A DNA stretch of 36,274 nucleotides, from NCBI GenBank assembly GCA_041484095.1, contig JBGPGW010000003.1:1-36274 (forward strand), written 5' to 3'. Both the position numbers and the translations under genes were made by a program. Source of the DNA: Alphaproteobacteria bacterium (GTDB taxonomy: Bacteria > Pseudomonadota > Alphaproteobacteria > CADEGL01). The notes below the pieces were generated by a model. The model was given only the letters and a program-made list of their open reading frames with translations, was not told where the DNA came from and did not search any database. Shown here in pieces: positions 1 to 8,881 of this stretch. Position 1 is the stretch's first letter; every line of letters begins with the position of its first letter.

Positions 1-332
1 AGCCCGAGAGCGTCCAGGGCTTCCGTGACATCGTCCGCCTCGATCAACGTATTGCTGATCGGCAGCGGCAGAACCAGGAAGCCAAGCTTGGCGTCATCGA
101 GGTCCTGGAACAGCAGGATCTGGTCGAGCTTGGAATTGGGGATGGCATTGAGACCAAACAGGCGACGGCCAGGAAAACCGGGGAGGCCGAGCGGCATTTC
201 AATCGCACTCTCGGTCTTGAATGCGATATGCCCGAAGCGCGTTTCGATCTCGATATATTCGGGAGGTCCGAACGCGATGGGTGCGTGGACAGGCAGGTCG
301 ACGTCGGGGGCTGCGGCGTGCGGCGCCATCAT
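1..332 (-). CDS. fliW: Flagellar assembly factor FliW (3' end runs off the window)
   Basis: Not in the ORF track. Manual translation from the ATG at 332 gives MMAPHAAAP...IEIETRFGHIAFKTESAIEMPLGLPGFPGRRLFGL...LLFQDLDDAKLGFLVLP, matching the FliW pattern (ETRFG...GLPGF...LQ...L.F.V). AAGGAG RBS about 8 nt upstream; lies directly after flgL. Confidence 0.8.
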   Translation of the reverse strand, partial: MMAPHAAAPDVDLPVHAPIAFGPPEYIEIETRFGHIAFKTESAIEMPLGLPGFPGRRLFGLNAIPNSKLDQILLFQDLDDAKLGFLVLPLPISNTLIEADDVTEALDALG

Positions 333-361
333 GGTAGAGCTCCTTCTTGCGCGTTGCGGCG

Positions 362-1285
362 TTATTTGAGGTAGTTGGCCAGCGACAGGTCTTTGATCTG
401 GGCAAGGACCGCGTATGACGCCTGGAGAACCGTCGTGTCCTGGCTGAGGTGAGACATGGCGGAGGGGATATCGGTCGCCTCGATGTCCGAGATCGATTGG
501 TTCACATAAACGAGATAGTCGCTATGCTTGTTGGTCGCGATCTCGAGATTGTTCCGGGATGCGCCGACTCGGCCGATCACGCCACCGAGATCGGTCACGG
601 CCTGATCGATGAGTCTCAGCGCTTCGTTGCCGCGAAGCGGATCGAGATCGTTGTTGGAACTCGCCGTGCCGGTGAGGTTAAGCGCCCGGATGACTTTCTC
701 GAAGGCGGGATCATCGGCCGTGATTCCATAGTTGATCACGACGGAATCGTCCGCTTGGGTCGATAGGACCGCCTGGTCTCCCTGATAGTACGTGGTATCC
801 GCGACACTCGGGTATGTCTGGGGCGGTACGGTGAAGGCCGGATCCGTCAGATCGACAGGTACGCGGTCGACAGTCGAGCCGCTGAAGAGATAGCGGCCGT
901 CGACGTTGGCGTTGAGCAGGTTGGCGATCTGCGAGAGTTTTCCGGCGGCGCGTGAGGAAACGGCTCCTTGACCCTTGCCGTTGGAGTTGAGGGCCGTGAC
1001 GAGCTCCGTTCGCAGGTCCTGCGCGATCTTCATGATCCCCGTGGCGCTCGTTTCCATGGCCTGAAGGCGCTGATCGGCAAGCTTGTTGTTCGCGACATAT
1101 TGCGTCGTGCGCAACTCGCTCGACTTGAGGCTGACGAGACGGCGCGACTCCGGTGCGATCTTGCTGTATTGTTCGGCCACTCGTCCGTTGGAGATGGAAA
1201 TCTGAGTCTCCGCGACGCGTGCCTGGGCCTCGGCCAAATTTGCGAGCATCAGGGTGTTCTGCGAGAGTGTCGCGATGCGCGTCAT
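362..1285 (-). CDS. flgL: Flagellar hook-associated protein 3 FlgL (flagellin family)
   Basis: Flagellin-like N and C termini, LNANVDGRYLFSG motif, C-terminal LQASYAVLAQIKDLSLANYL; follows flgK; GGAGG RBS. Confidence 0.88.
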   Translation of the reverse strand: MTRIATLSQNTLMLANLAEAQARVAETQISISNGRVAEQYSKIAPESRRLVSLKSSELRTTQYVANNKLADQRLQAMETSATGIMKIAQDLRTELVTALNSNGKGQGAVSSRAAGKLSQIANLLNANVDGRYLFSGSTVDRVPVDLTDPAFTVPPQTYPSVADTTYYQGDQAVLSTQADDSVVINYGITADDPAFEKVIRALNLTGTASSNNDLDPLRGNEALRLIDQAVTDLGGVIGRVGASRNNLEIATNKHSDYLVYVNQSISDIEATDIPSAMSHLSQDTTVLQASYAVLAQIKDLSLANYLK

Positions 1286-1288
1286 GGT

Positions 1289-3061
1289 TTACCTCCGTGC
1301 AACGATCTGATCGAGCAGGTCCATCATGTCCGATGCCGCGCTGACCACCCGGGCCGCTGCCTGGTACGAAGCCTGATAGATGACCAGGTTGGCGAGCTCT
1401 TCGTCGATGTTGACGCCGCTGATGGCGCTCGACTTCGACTTGACGTCATTGAGAACGGCATCGACGAATTTGGCTCGGTCTTCCGCGGTGGCGGTTCGCG
1501 ACGCGTTGTCGGCGAGAACCTCATTGGCGTAATCGACGATCGTCGTCGTCACCGCGGGAATTCCGCCGGCCGCGGCGAATGCATAGGGCGTATGAAAGGC
1601 GTTCGTCATAGCCTGCAAGGCCGAACCGTCGCCGGTACCGATGGCGGTCGTGACGCCGACGGTGACGTTGCCGGGCGCGGTATTGTTGAGCGTGCCGCCC
1701 GAACTCCGCATGGGCGACGCGACGATATCCGGGCGCACGGCGATCGTGCCGGCGAGCGAGATGGCGTTGTTCCCGACGAAGAAGTCGTTCAGGCCGAAGT
1801 AATACGACAGGCCCGATCCGCCGACCGAGCTGGTGCCTTCGTTGATGGCGATACCCTCGCCAGCGTTGTTGGCCGTAATCACCAACTGCTTGCTGGCATT
1901 GAGCGATGCCGTTGCGGACCCGGCCAGATTCGTGTTGATGGCGGTAATCACATCGTTGACCGTGGTCGCGGTCGACAGGTCATAATCGAAGGGCGCAGCG
2001 GCAAACGTGCCGTCGCTCTTGACGACCGCGATCCGGGCGATGCCGGATCCGGCAAACGCCGTCGCCGCGCCACCGGCGAATGTGGCCGTGCCGGTCAACG
2101 TGCTGACGGGTGGACTTGCCGCGCCGGCATTGCTGAGTTTGTTGATCTCCGTCTTGAGCATTGCCGCGATGCTATCGAGTTCGGTTGCAAGATTCGGGAG
2201 CGCGGTGTCGCGCAGGTCGATGAGGCCGCCGATGCGCCCTGATGTGATCGACGTCGTGATGTCGGCGCCGTTGAGCGTGATTCCGTTGATCCCGCCGGGA
2301 TACGTGATGGACGCGTCGAGTGCCGCCGAGGGGAGATGGGCGAGCGACTGCGTCGCGAGATCGACGAGAATGCGACCGTCGCCGGTCATGAGCACGGTCG
2401 AGCCCGTGTCCCGCTCGTATGACGTGATATCCATCTCTTTCGCGATGGCGTTCAACGCCAGGTCTCGCTTGTCCAGAAGATCGCCGTAAGGTTGATTGAG
2501 CGTCGCAGCCCGATTGATCTGTATGTTGAGATCGGCAATCGACTGAATCTGGCTGTTGACGGTCACGAGCGAGCCGGCAATGTCCTGGTCCGCGTTGGCG
2601 CGCAGGCCCTGGATCTTCGCCGCCATGTCGTTGATCTGCTGCGTGAGCGCGACGGCCGCATCGATGGCCTGGGTCCGCAGTGTGACGTTTTCGGACGTCG
2701 AGGCGGCGGCATTGAGGGCGGTTGAGAATTTCGTCAACGTCGAACCAAGCGCGGTGTCGCTGCTGAGAGTCCCGAACAGGTCTTGTGTACGCGCGTAATA
2801 GTCGTTCTCGACCGCTGCCTTGCCGCTGGTCGATTGCTGGGACCGGATCTCGCGCAGGAGAATGTCGCTGACGTTGCGCGTGATGCTGCTGACCGCGACG
2901 CCGCGGCCCTGTCCGCCGACGACGACGGTCGTGAGATTGGCGACCTTGCGCGTGTACCCCTCGGTGTTGACGTTCGCCACATTGCTTGAAATGACGTCGA
3001 GGGCGGACTTCGAGACCTGAAGACCGCTCAGCGCATTCTGGAGGGCAATAGAGAGGGACAT
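1289..3061 (-). CDS. flgK: Flagellar hook-associated protein 1 FlgK
   Basis: ALSGL...SNVANVNTEGYTRK N terminus; SGVNIDEELANLVIYQASYQAAARV C terminus. Confidence 0.95.
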   Translation of the reverse strand: MSLSIALQNALSGLQVSKSALDVISSNVANVNTEGYTRKVANLTTVVVGGQGRGVAVSSITRNVSDILLREIRSQQSTSGKAAVENDYYARTQDLFGTLSSDTALGSTLTKFSTALNAAASTSENVTLRTQAIDAAVALTQQINDMAAKIQGLRANADQDIAGSLVTVNSQIQSIADLNIQINRAATLNQPYGDLLDKRDLALNAIAKEMDITSYERDTGSTVLMTGDGRILVDLATQSLAHLPSAALDASITYPGGINGITLNGADITTSITSGRIGGLIDLRDTALPNLATELDSIAAMLKTEINKLSNAGAASPPVSTLTGTATFAGGAATAFAGSGIARIAVVKSDGTFAAAPFDYDLSTATTVNDVITAINTNLAGSATASLNASKQLVITANNAGEGIAINEGTSSVGGSGLSYYFGLNDFFVGNNAISLAGTIAVRPDIVASPMRSSGGTLNNTAPGNVTVGVTTAIGTGDGSALQAMTNAFHTPYAFAAAGGIPAVTTTIVDYANEVLADNASRTATAEDRAKFVDAVLNDVKSKSSAISGVNIDEELANLVIYQASYQAAARVVSAASDMMDLLDQIVARR

Positions 3062-3073
3062 CGGCCGCGTCCG

Positions 3074-3514
3074 TTAGAGCTGCTGATTGATCGAGAGAGA
3101 GAGCCCGCGGCCTTTTCCGGTCGACCGCTCAGGCGCCGCTCCGGCATTGGTGTAGCCGCTATGCCGCGGCTGGGCCTGCTCGGCCGCCTCGATGATCACC
3201 TTGATCAGGCGATTGTTGGCTTCGCTCGCGGCGCGAAGTGCCCGCGCGTTTTCAGCCACCGCTTCCTCAAACCGCTCGGTGACGCGACACAACTCGTCGC
3301 GCACGATGGACTCGACGGCGTTGAGGCGCGACGGCTCCGATTGGAGCTGAGTTACGTGCTCGAGGTAGACGCGCGCCAGTCCGGCCTTGTCGGCCTGAAG
3401 GGTTTCGATCTCTCTCGGCCGCATGGAGCGGAGGAGTTCGATCTCGCGTCCCATGAGATCGATGAGGCGGCTCGTCACGGCAATGAGCGTCGTTGCGATG
3501 TCACCTGTGTTCAT
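3074..3514 (-). CDS. FlgN-like flagellar export chaperone
   Basis: 146 aa, all-helical, between flgJ and flgK; C-terminal GYT..G motif typical of FlgN-like proteins; ATGA overlap with flgJ. Confidence 0.6.
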   Translation of the reverse strand: MNTGDIATTLIAVTSRLIDLMGREIELLRSMRPREIETLQADKAGLARVYLEHVTQLQSEPSRLNAVESIVRDELCRVTERFEEAVAENARALRAASEANNRLIKVIIEAAEQAQPRHSGYTNAGAAPERSTGKGRGLSLSINQQL

Positions 3515-3828
3515 GGCGCTTTGACCTCCTGAAGCTTGACGATTTCGCGATACACGGCGTCGGCAATGCCGATTCCGCCGGACCGGGCGGCGGCCCGGCC
3601 GAATTCCTCCCCCATCATCGAGCGGTAGATGGCTTCCCCGGGGCCGCCACCGAACATGCCGTCGGTCTTGAGCCCGGTGAACATCGACCCGATGATCTGG
3701 GAAAGGAAAAAGGACTCGAAATTCTCGGCAGCTTTTCGTGCAGCCGCATCGTTATTCGTCGCATGGGGCGTCGGGATCTGCGACCCGTCGATCGAAATAT
3801 TCGGAAGGGTGTGGGTGCTGAGGTCCAT
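3511..3828 (-). CDS. flgJ: Rod-binding protein FlgJ (single domain, no muramidase)
   Basis: Last 105 aa of the 525-aa track ORF: AAENFESFFLSQ...GGGPGEAIYRSMM...GGIGIADAVYREI. ATG at 3828 overlaps the flgI stop (TAATG). Confidence 0.88.
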   Translation of the reverse strand: MDLSTHTLPNISIDGSQIPTPHATNNDAAARKAAENFESFFLSQIIGSMFTGLKTDGMFGGGPGEAIYRSMMGEEFGRAAARSGGIGIADAVYREIVKLQEVKAP

Positions 3829-4982
3829 TACATCGACCCCAATTCGGCCTGGAGCGCGCCCGCCGTCTTGATCGCCTGGAGGATGGTGATCATGTCGCGC
3901 GGGCCGATCCCCAGCGCATTGAGTCCATTGACGAGGTCCTGCAGGGTAACGCCGCCCTTGAGCACGGCCAGCTTGGTTTCGTTGCCCTGATCCACTTGGA
4001 TGTCTGTCCGCGGCACAACGGTGGTCGTGCCGGTGTTGGAGAAGGCGTTGGGCTGCGAGACCTGGGGCGTTTCCGTGATTCGGATCGTCAAATTGCCCTG
4101 CGCGATGGCGACCGTGCTGATGCGGACTTTTTCGCCCATCACGATGATCCCCGTCGTCTCGTCGATGATCACGCGGGCGCTTTGGTCGGGCTCCACCTCG
4201 AGCTGCTCGATGTCCGTCAGCAGGTCCACGGTCTGGCCCTGGTGGTTTGCCGGCACCACGAGGAGAATCGTCGTGGGATCGAGCGATCGAGCCATTGGCG
4301 AGCCGACGTGGCTGTTGATGGCCAACATCACACGCCGGGCGGTGGTGAAATCGGGGTTGCGCAGCGTGATCTTGACCGACTGCATGGAAGCGAGCTCGAA
4401 GCCGACTTCGCGTTCGACGATCGCGCCGCTCGCAATCCGGCCGCCCGTCGGAACGCCCCTCGTAACCGTGGTCGCGGCACCCGCGGCGGCGAAGCCAGCG
4501 ACCGCAACAGGGCCCTGCGCAACCGAATAGACCTCGCCATCGGCGCCGAGCAACGGTGTGACGAGCAGCGTTCCGCCAAGAAGACTCGTCGCATCGCCAA
4601 GCGCGCTCACGGTAACGTCGACACGGCTGCCATGGCGGACGAAGGCGGGCAGCCGCGCGGTCACCATGACGGCGGCGACATTTTTCGTTCGAAGCGTGGC
4701 GTCGCGAATATTGACGCCGAGGCGTTCGAGCATGCCGATGAGGCTTTGCTGGGTGAAGGGGGAGTTGTTCAGCGTGTCGCCGGTCCCGTTGAGCCCGACG
4801 ACGAGGCCGTAGCCCACCAGCATGTTGTCCCGGTTGCCTTCGAAATCGGCGATATCCTTGATGCGCGAGGTCGCCGCGGCCGGTGGCGCAAACGCGATCG
4901 TTGCGGCCAGAAGGAGGCCGATACGGGCGCTGAATCGAGCAACGATGGATCGAGTTCGCTTTGTCATGAGTAGCCAGGCCAT
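3828..4982 (-). CDS. flgI: Flagellar P-ring protein FlgI
   Basis: Signal peptide, then RIKDI...N.LVGYGLVVGLNGTGD; KNVAAVMVTA; AGALQAEL. Start could be 4967. Confidence 0.96.
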   Translation of the reverse strand: MAWLLMTKRTRSIVARFSARIGLLLAATIAFAPPAAATSRIKDIADFEGNRDNMLVGYGLVVGLNGTGDTLNNSPFTQQSLIGMLERLGVNIRDATLRTKNVAAVMVTARLPAFVRHGSRVDVTVSALGDATSLLGGTLLVTPLLGADGEVYSVAQGPVAVAGFAAAGAATTVTRGVPTGGRIASGAIVEREVGFELASMQSVKITLRNPDFTTARRVMLAINSHVGSPMARSLDPTTILLVVPANHQGQTVDLLTDIEQLEVEPDQSARVIIDETTGIIVMGEKVRISTVAIAQGNLTIRITETPQVSQPNAFSNTGTTTVVPRTDIQVDQGNETKLAVLKGGVTLQDLVNGLNALGIGPRDMITILQAIKTAGALQAELGSM

Positions 4983-5040
4983 CCGTCAAAAGATCGCGGT
5001 ACCCGAATCGAAGGCACACGGGTCCTTGGCAGGAAGTGAT

Positions 5041-5057
5041 CGCAATCCACATGCCAA
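5041..5057 (-). promoter_or_regulatory. Sigma54 (-24/-12) promoter for the flgI operon
   Basis: Minus strand TTGGCATGTGGATTGCG = GG-N10-GC, close to the TGGCAC-N5-TTGC consensus. Confidence 0.85.
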
Positions 5058-5082
5058 GCGGATGGAGGACGTATTTACCCCG

Positions 5083-5095
5083 CAACACGTTGATT
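5083..5095 (-). promoter_or_regulatory. IHF binding site
   Basis: Minus strand AATCAACGTGTTG = WATCAA-N4-TTR, between the sigma54 promoter and the ftr-like sites. Confidence 0.7.
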
Positions 5096-5130
5096 TTTCA
5101 GGAGGGGCCGTGGGAGCGGTCCGGGGGGAC

Positions 5131-5168
5131 AGGCAAGTCTTACCGCCCGTGCAGGGCAAGGGTTGCCG
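5131..5168. promoter_or_regulatory. Two ftr-like (FlbD enhancer) elements
   Basis: AGGCAAGTCTTACCG (5131-5145) and GGGCAAGGGTTGCCG (5154-5168) resemble the Caulobacter ftr dyad CGGCA...GCCG and lie about 100-140 bp upstream of the inferred sigma54 start. Confidence 0.6.
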
Positions 5169-5183
5169 ATGGATGGCCGGCTC

Positions 5184-5198
5184 TTAAGGCACCATTAA
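5184..5198. promoter_or_regulatory. CtrA box upstream of fliX
   Basis: TTAA-GGCACCA-TTAA, an exact TTAA-N7-TTAA in GC-rich DNA. Confidence 0.78.
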
Positions 5199-5267
5199 GA
5201 GAGAACGTACACCCTTGCCCGATATCCAACTCGCTCGACATCGAACACAACGGACCATTTCGATCGA

Positions 5268-5675
5268 ATGAGAATCGATCCAACAGGGCGGGCGGTCCGG
5301 CTTTCCGGCCGGCGCGTTGAGCGAACCGGGCAGGGGCCCGGACGCTCCTTTGCGGCCCAGCTCGATGCGGCGATGGAAACGACACCGATCGCATCGAATG
5401 CCGCCGTCGATAGCGTCTCGAACGTGCTTGCGCTGCAAGAGGTCGGCCAGGCAACCACGCGTGCGCGGCGCCGGGGCGAAGATATTCTCGATCGTCTGGA
5501 TGAAATTCGCCACGGGCTCCTTCTTGGCTCGATCCCCCGTCATGCGCTCGAGCGGCTGGACCAGGTCGTTCGGACCCAGATCGGCGAAACGAGCGACCCG
5601 CGGCTGACCGAGATACTGCGTGAAATCGAGGTCCGCGCGCGCGTCGAGCTGGCGAAGATCGAGAAGAGATCGTAG
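5268..5675 (+). CDS. fliX: Flagellar assembly regulator FliX
   Basis: LALQEV...RGEDILDRLDEIRHGLL.G...EIEVRARVELAK; divergent from flgI as in Caulobacter. Confidence 0.9.
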   Translation: MRIDPTGRAVRLSGRRVERTGQGPGRSFAAQLDAAMETTPIASNAAVDSVSNVLALQEVGQATTRARRRGEDILDRLDEIRHGLLLGSIPRHALERLDQVVRTQIGETSDPRLTEILREIEVRARVELAKIEKRS

Positions 5676-5793
5676 CCCGTTCCCTCCCCGGGTCTCATCG
5701 TGCGATCACCCGATCGCGGTGTGGCGCGGGATGACGGAGCCTGATATGAGTTTCGACCGTCACGCCGTTGCGATAGAAGCCCCACATCATCCA

Positions 5794-6210
5794 ATGCCGA
5801 TACGGCTGCCGCGCCACTATCGTCCGAGAGACGAAGAGGAGTTCATGAATCCTCGTCAGCGCGAATACTTCCGGCAGAAGCTGCTTCGGTGGCGCGCCGA
5901 TCTCCTGCAGGGGTCGACGGAGACGCTCCATCATTTGCAGGCGGGTGGCCTTCAAGAGCCGGATGCCGCCGACCGTGCCATGCTTGAGGCGGATACGGCA
6001 ATCGAGCTGCGCACGCGCGACAGGGAACGGAAGCTCATTGCCAAGATCGACGAAGCCCTGCGGCGCATTGAGGATGGGACGTACGGGTATTGTGAGGAGA
6101 CCAACGAGCCCATCGGTCTTCGACGCCTGGAAGCGCGCCCGACGGCAACATTGAGCATCGAGGCCCAGGAGCGTCACGAGCGCCACGAACGGACCCATCG
6201 CGACGATTGA
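5794..6210 (+). CDS. dksA: RNA polymerase-binding factor DksA
   Basis: YRP...EEFMNPRQREYFRQKL; DxxDxA coiled-coil tip (DAADRA); GTYGYCEET.EPIGLRRLEARP. Start set at the ATG at 5794 by similarity to alpha DksA N termini. Confidence 0.93.
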   Translation: MPIRLPRHYRPRDEEEFMNPRQREYFRQKLLRWRADLLQGSTETLHHLQAGGLQEPDAADRAMLEADTAIELRTRDRERKLIAKIDEALRRIEDGTYGYCEETNEPIGLRRLEARPTATLSIEAQERHERHERTHRDD

Positions 6211-6246
6211 TCGCCGGCGCTTGTCCCGCTTGGGGCGCCGCCGGCC

Positions 6247-7779
6247 TTAGCGCCGGGTGTCCTCGCTCTCCGGACTTGCGCGCCTGTCCAGCAGAAAAAC
6301 CAGGGGCACGACGCAGAGCGTCACCACCATGAGCGCGCGGAAGTCATTGACGTAGGCGATCATCTCCGCCTGCCGGTCGATCATATGGCTGATGTTGGAA
6401 AGGCCTTCCGCCTGTCCGTGCCCGAGCGGCGCGGACAAGAGAGGGCCATGGTAGCGCTCGTTGTAAGGAGAGATGTTCTCGACGAGCGCCGAGCGGTTCA
6501 CCTGTGCGTTCCGCACCAAGATCGTGACGAAGACGGATATGCCCAAGCTCGCCCCCAGGCTTCTGACGACGGCGTAGATGCCGGCCGCCTCCGTCCGGAG
6601 CGCCCGCGGCAAGGTCGAAAAGGCGACGGTGCTGACGGGCACGAAGATGAGCCCGAGGCCGACGCCAAAAATGAGTCCGCTCCAGACGATCCGCGGTTCA
6701 CTCACATCGAGGGTAAAGCGGGTCATTTCCCAGAGTCCATAACTCGCGACCACGAGACCCGCGAGCATCAAGGCGCGGGGGTCCACCCGCGTGGTGGTGC
6801 GGCTTACGATGGCCATGCCGATCAGCGTGCCGAATGCGCGCGGCACGAACAGCAGGCCCGACGTCACGATGGGATAGTTCAGTAAGTTCTGCAGGAATGA
6901 CGGCAGAAGCGCGATCGTCGCGTAGAGGCTGACATGTGCGGTGAAACCAAGCGCGAGGCCGATCACGAAATTGCGATCGCGAAACAATTCAGGCGTGAGA
7001 AATGGGCGCTGGGTGGTCAGGCTGTGGACGACATACCAATAAAAGCCGACGGCCGCCAACGCGCTTCCGAGGACGATCTCGGTGTCGGCGAACCAATCCA
7101 GGCGCTCACCGCGGTCGAGCACCATTTGAAGACACCCGATGCCGAGCGCCAGGGCGGCGAACCCGAAATAATCGAGCGCGCGGCGCGAGTCGCGCTCCGT
7201 ATCTGGCACGAAGGCGAGGATGCCGAAAAGCGCGAGTATGCCGATTGGCAGGTTGATGTAGAACACCCACCGCCAATCGTAGAATTCGGTGAGATAACCG
7301 CCGAGTGTCGGGCCGATGATCGGTCCCACCATGACGCCGACCCCCCAGATCGCCATCGCGCGTCCGTGCTCGCGCCGGGGGTAGGTGTCGAGGACGACGG
7401 CTTGGGACAGCGGGATGAGCCCCGCACCGAACCCGCCTTGGAAAAGGCGGTAGATCACGAGCTCGCCCAGCCCGTGCGCGGCGCCGCAAAGCGCCGATGT
7501 CAGCGTGAACCCGGTGACGGAAATGAGGAAGAGCCGTCGCCGGCCGAGCCGCGCGGCCAGCCATCCCGTCGCCGGCGTGACCATCGCAACCGCAATCACA
7601 TAGGATGACAGGACCCAGGCGACTTGGTCCTGCGTTGCGGACAAGGCGCCCTGAATGCTCGGGAGAGCGACCGTGGCAATCGTGATGTCGACCGAATGCA
7701 TGATGGTCGGCAACATCACGGCACAGTTGACGGCGAAGCGGCGCGCCTCCGGGCGTGCAGCCGTCTCTCTAATCGTCAA
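6247..7779 (-). CDS. emrB: DHA2-family MFS efflux permease (EmrB/QacA type)
   Basis: About 14 hydrophobic segments; DITIATVALPSIQG, WVLSSY, GPIIGPTLGGYLTE..WRWVFYINLPIG motifs. Confidence 0.9.
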   Translation of the reverse strand: MTIRETAARPEARRFAVNCAVMLPTIMHSVDITIATVALPSIQGALSATQDQVAWVLSSYVIAVAMVTPATGWLAARLGRRRLFLISVTGFTLTSALCGAAHGLGELVIYRLFQGGFGAGLIPLSQAVVLDTYPRREHGRAMAIWGVGVMVGPIIGPTLGGYLTEFYDWRWVFYINLPIGILALFGILAFVPDTERDSRRALDYFGFAALALGIGCLQMVLDRGERLDWFADTEIVLGSALAAVGFYWYVVHSLTTQRPFLTPELFRDRNFVIGLALGFTAHVSLYATIALLPSFLQNLLNYPIVTSGLLFVPRAFGTLIGMAIVSRTTTRVDPRALMLAGLVVASYGLWEMTRFTLDVSEPRIVWSGLIFGVGLGLIFVPVSTVAFSTLPRALRTEAAGIYAVVRSLGASLGISVFVTILVRNAQVNRSALVENISPYNERYHGPLLSAPLGHGQAEGLSNISHMIDRQAEMIAYVNDFRALMVVTLCVVPLVFLLDRRASPESEDTRR

Positions 7780-8876
7780 TTACTGGCCTTGGACCTTCCG
7801 CCCCGGAGGAAGGACGGCATCTCGCGCTCATGGCCCGTGTCGATCTCGACGACGACGCTGATTCCCGTGCGCAGCGGCGGCGCATCGTCGCGCGCCTCGA
7901 AGTTCAACTTGACGGGAATGCGCTGGACGACCTTGACCCAGTTGCCGGTGGCGTTCTGTGGCGGCAGGAGCGAGAACTCGGCACCGGTGGCGGGGCTCAC
8001 GCTTTCGACCTGAGCCTTCCAGGCGAATCCCGGGTAGGCGTCGACCGTGATCACGGCTGGTTGGCCCGGCCGCACATAGGTTAGTTCGGTTTCCTTGAGG
8101 TTGGCCTCGACCCACATCGCGGACGTCTTGACGATGCTGAATACGGGCGAGCCTCTCTCGACATGCTCGCCCGGCTGCAACGTCATCCGGGTCACCACGC
8201 CATCGATCGGTGCGAAGACGTCGACACGCCGGAGATCGAGCGCCGCATCATCGCGTTTGGAGAGGGCCTCCAGATACTTCGGATGCTGCTCGACGGCGAT
8301 GTTGGGATCGCCGCCGAGGTTTGCGGCCACTTGGTTCATTTCTTCCCGCGCCGCGTTCGCCTGCTGCTGCGCGCTTTCCAGATTGTGCATGGCATCATCG
8401 AACTTGGAGCGCGTGATGTGGCCTTGCTGAATCAGTTGCTGCTGACGTTCGAATTCGCGCTTCGCGAAGGTGATGTCGATTTCGGACTTGGTCAGATCCT
8501 GACGCCTCTGACGGTACTGCGCGCGCAGGGCCTCCACCTCGGTCCGCGTGGCGCGCAATTTCGCCTCGGTCTCCTCCAGCGCGATTTTGAAGGGCTCTGC
8601 ATCCAGTCGGAAGAGAAGCGTGCCCGCCTTGACGTTCTGATTGTCGGCAATCTTGACGTCGATCACGCGCCCGGAGACGTCGGTGCTGATCGCGACCTTG
8701 TCTGACTTCACATAAGCGTTTTCCGTCGTCACATAACGGCCGCCGGTCGCATAGAAATAGATGCCGACAAAGAGCGCGATGATGGGCGCAAGCGCCAACA
8801 GGATGACCCGGACTTTTCGGTTTGAGCCCGATAGGCTGCGGGAGGCAAGAGGGCTCGGCTGATCAGATGAAGACAT
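7776..8876 (-). CDS. emrA: HlyD/EmrA-family membrane fusion protein
   Basis: N-terminal TM, coiled-coil hairpin, ATGAEFSLLPPQNATGNWVKVVQRIPV signature. Confidence 0.92.
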   Translation of the reverse strand: MSSSDQPSPLASRSLSGSNRKVRVILLALAPIIALFVGIYFYATGGRYVTTENAYVKSDKVAISTDVSGRVIDVKIADNQNVKAGTLLFRLDAEPFKIALEETEAKLRATRTEVEALRAQYRQRRQDLTKSEIDITFAKREFERQQQLIQQGHITRSKFDDAMHNLESAQQQANAAREEMNQVAANLGGDPNIAVEQHPKYLEALSKRDDAALDLRRVDVFAPIDGVVTRMTLQPGEHVERGSPVFSIVKTSAMWVEANLKETELTYVRPGQPAVITVDAYPGFAWKAQVESVSPATGAEFSLLPPQNATGNWVKVVQRIPVKLNFEARDDAPPLRTGISVVVEIDTGHEREMPSFLRGGRSKASN

Positions 8877-8881
8877 GCGTG

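Noticed and set aside
968-2242. 424-aa plus-strand ORF antisense to flgL/flgK
   Set aside because: Shadow ORF typical of high-GC codon bias; no recognisable motifs
3829-5088. Upstream 420 aa of the 525-aa minus ORF (apparent long FlgJ or flgI-flgJ frameshift fusion)
   Set aside because: Arg-rich alternate-frame read-through of flgI. FlgI ends normally and FlgJ starts at a standard TAATG overlap.
6211-6246. Terminator between dksA and emrB
   Set aside because: GC-only inverted repeat with a long irregular loop and no U-tract; expected by chance at this GC content
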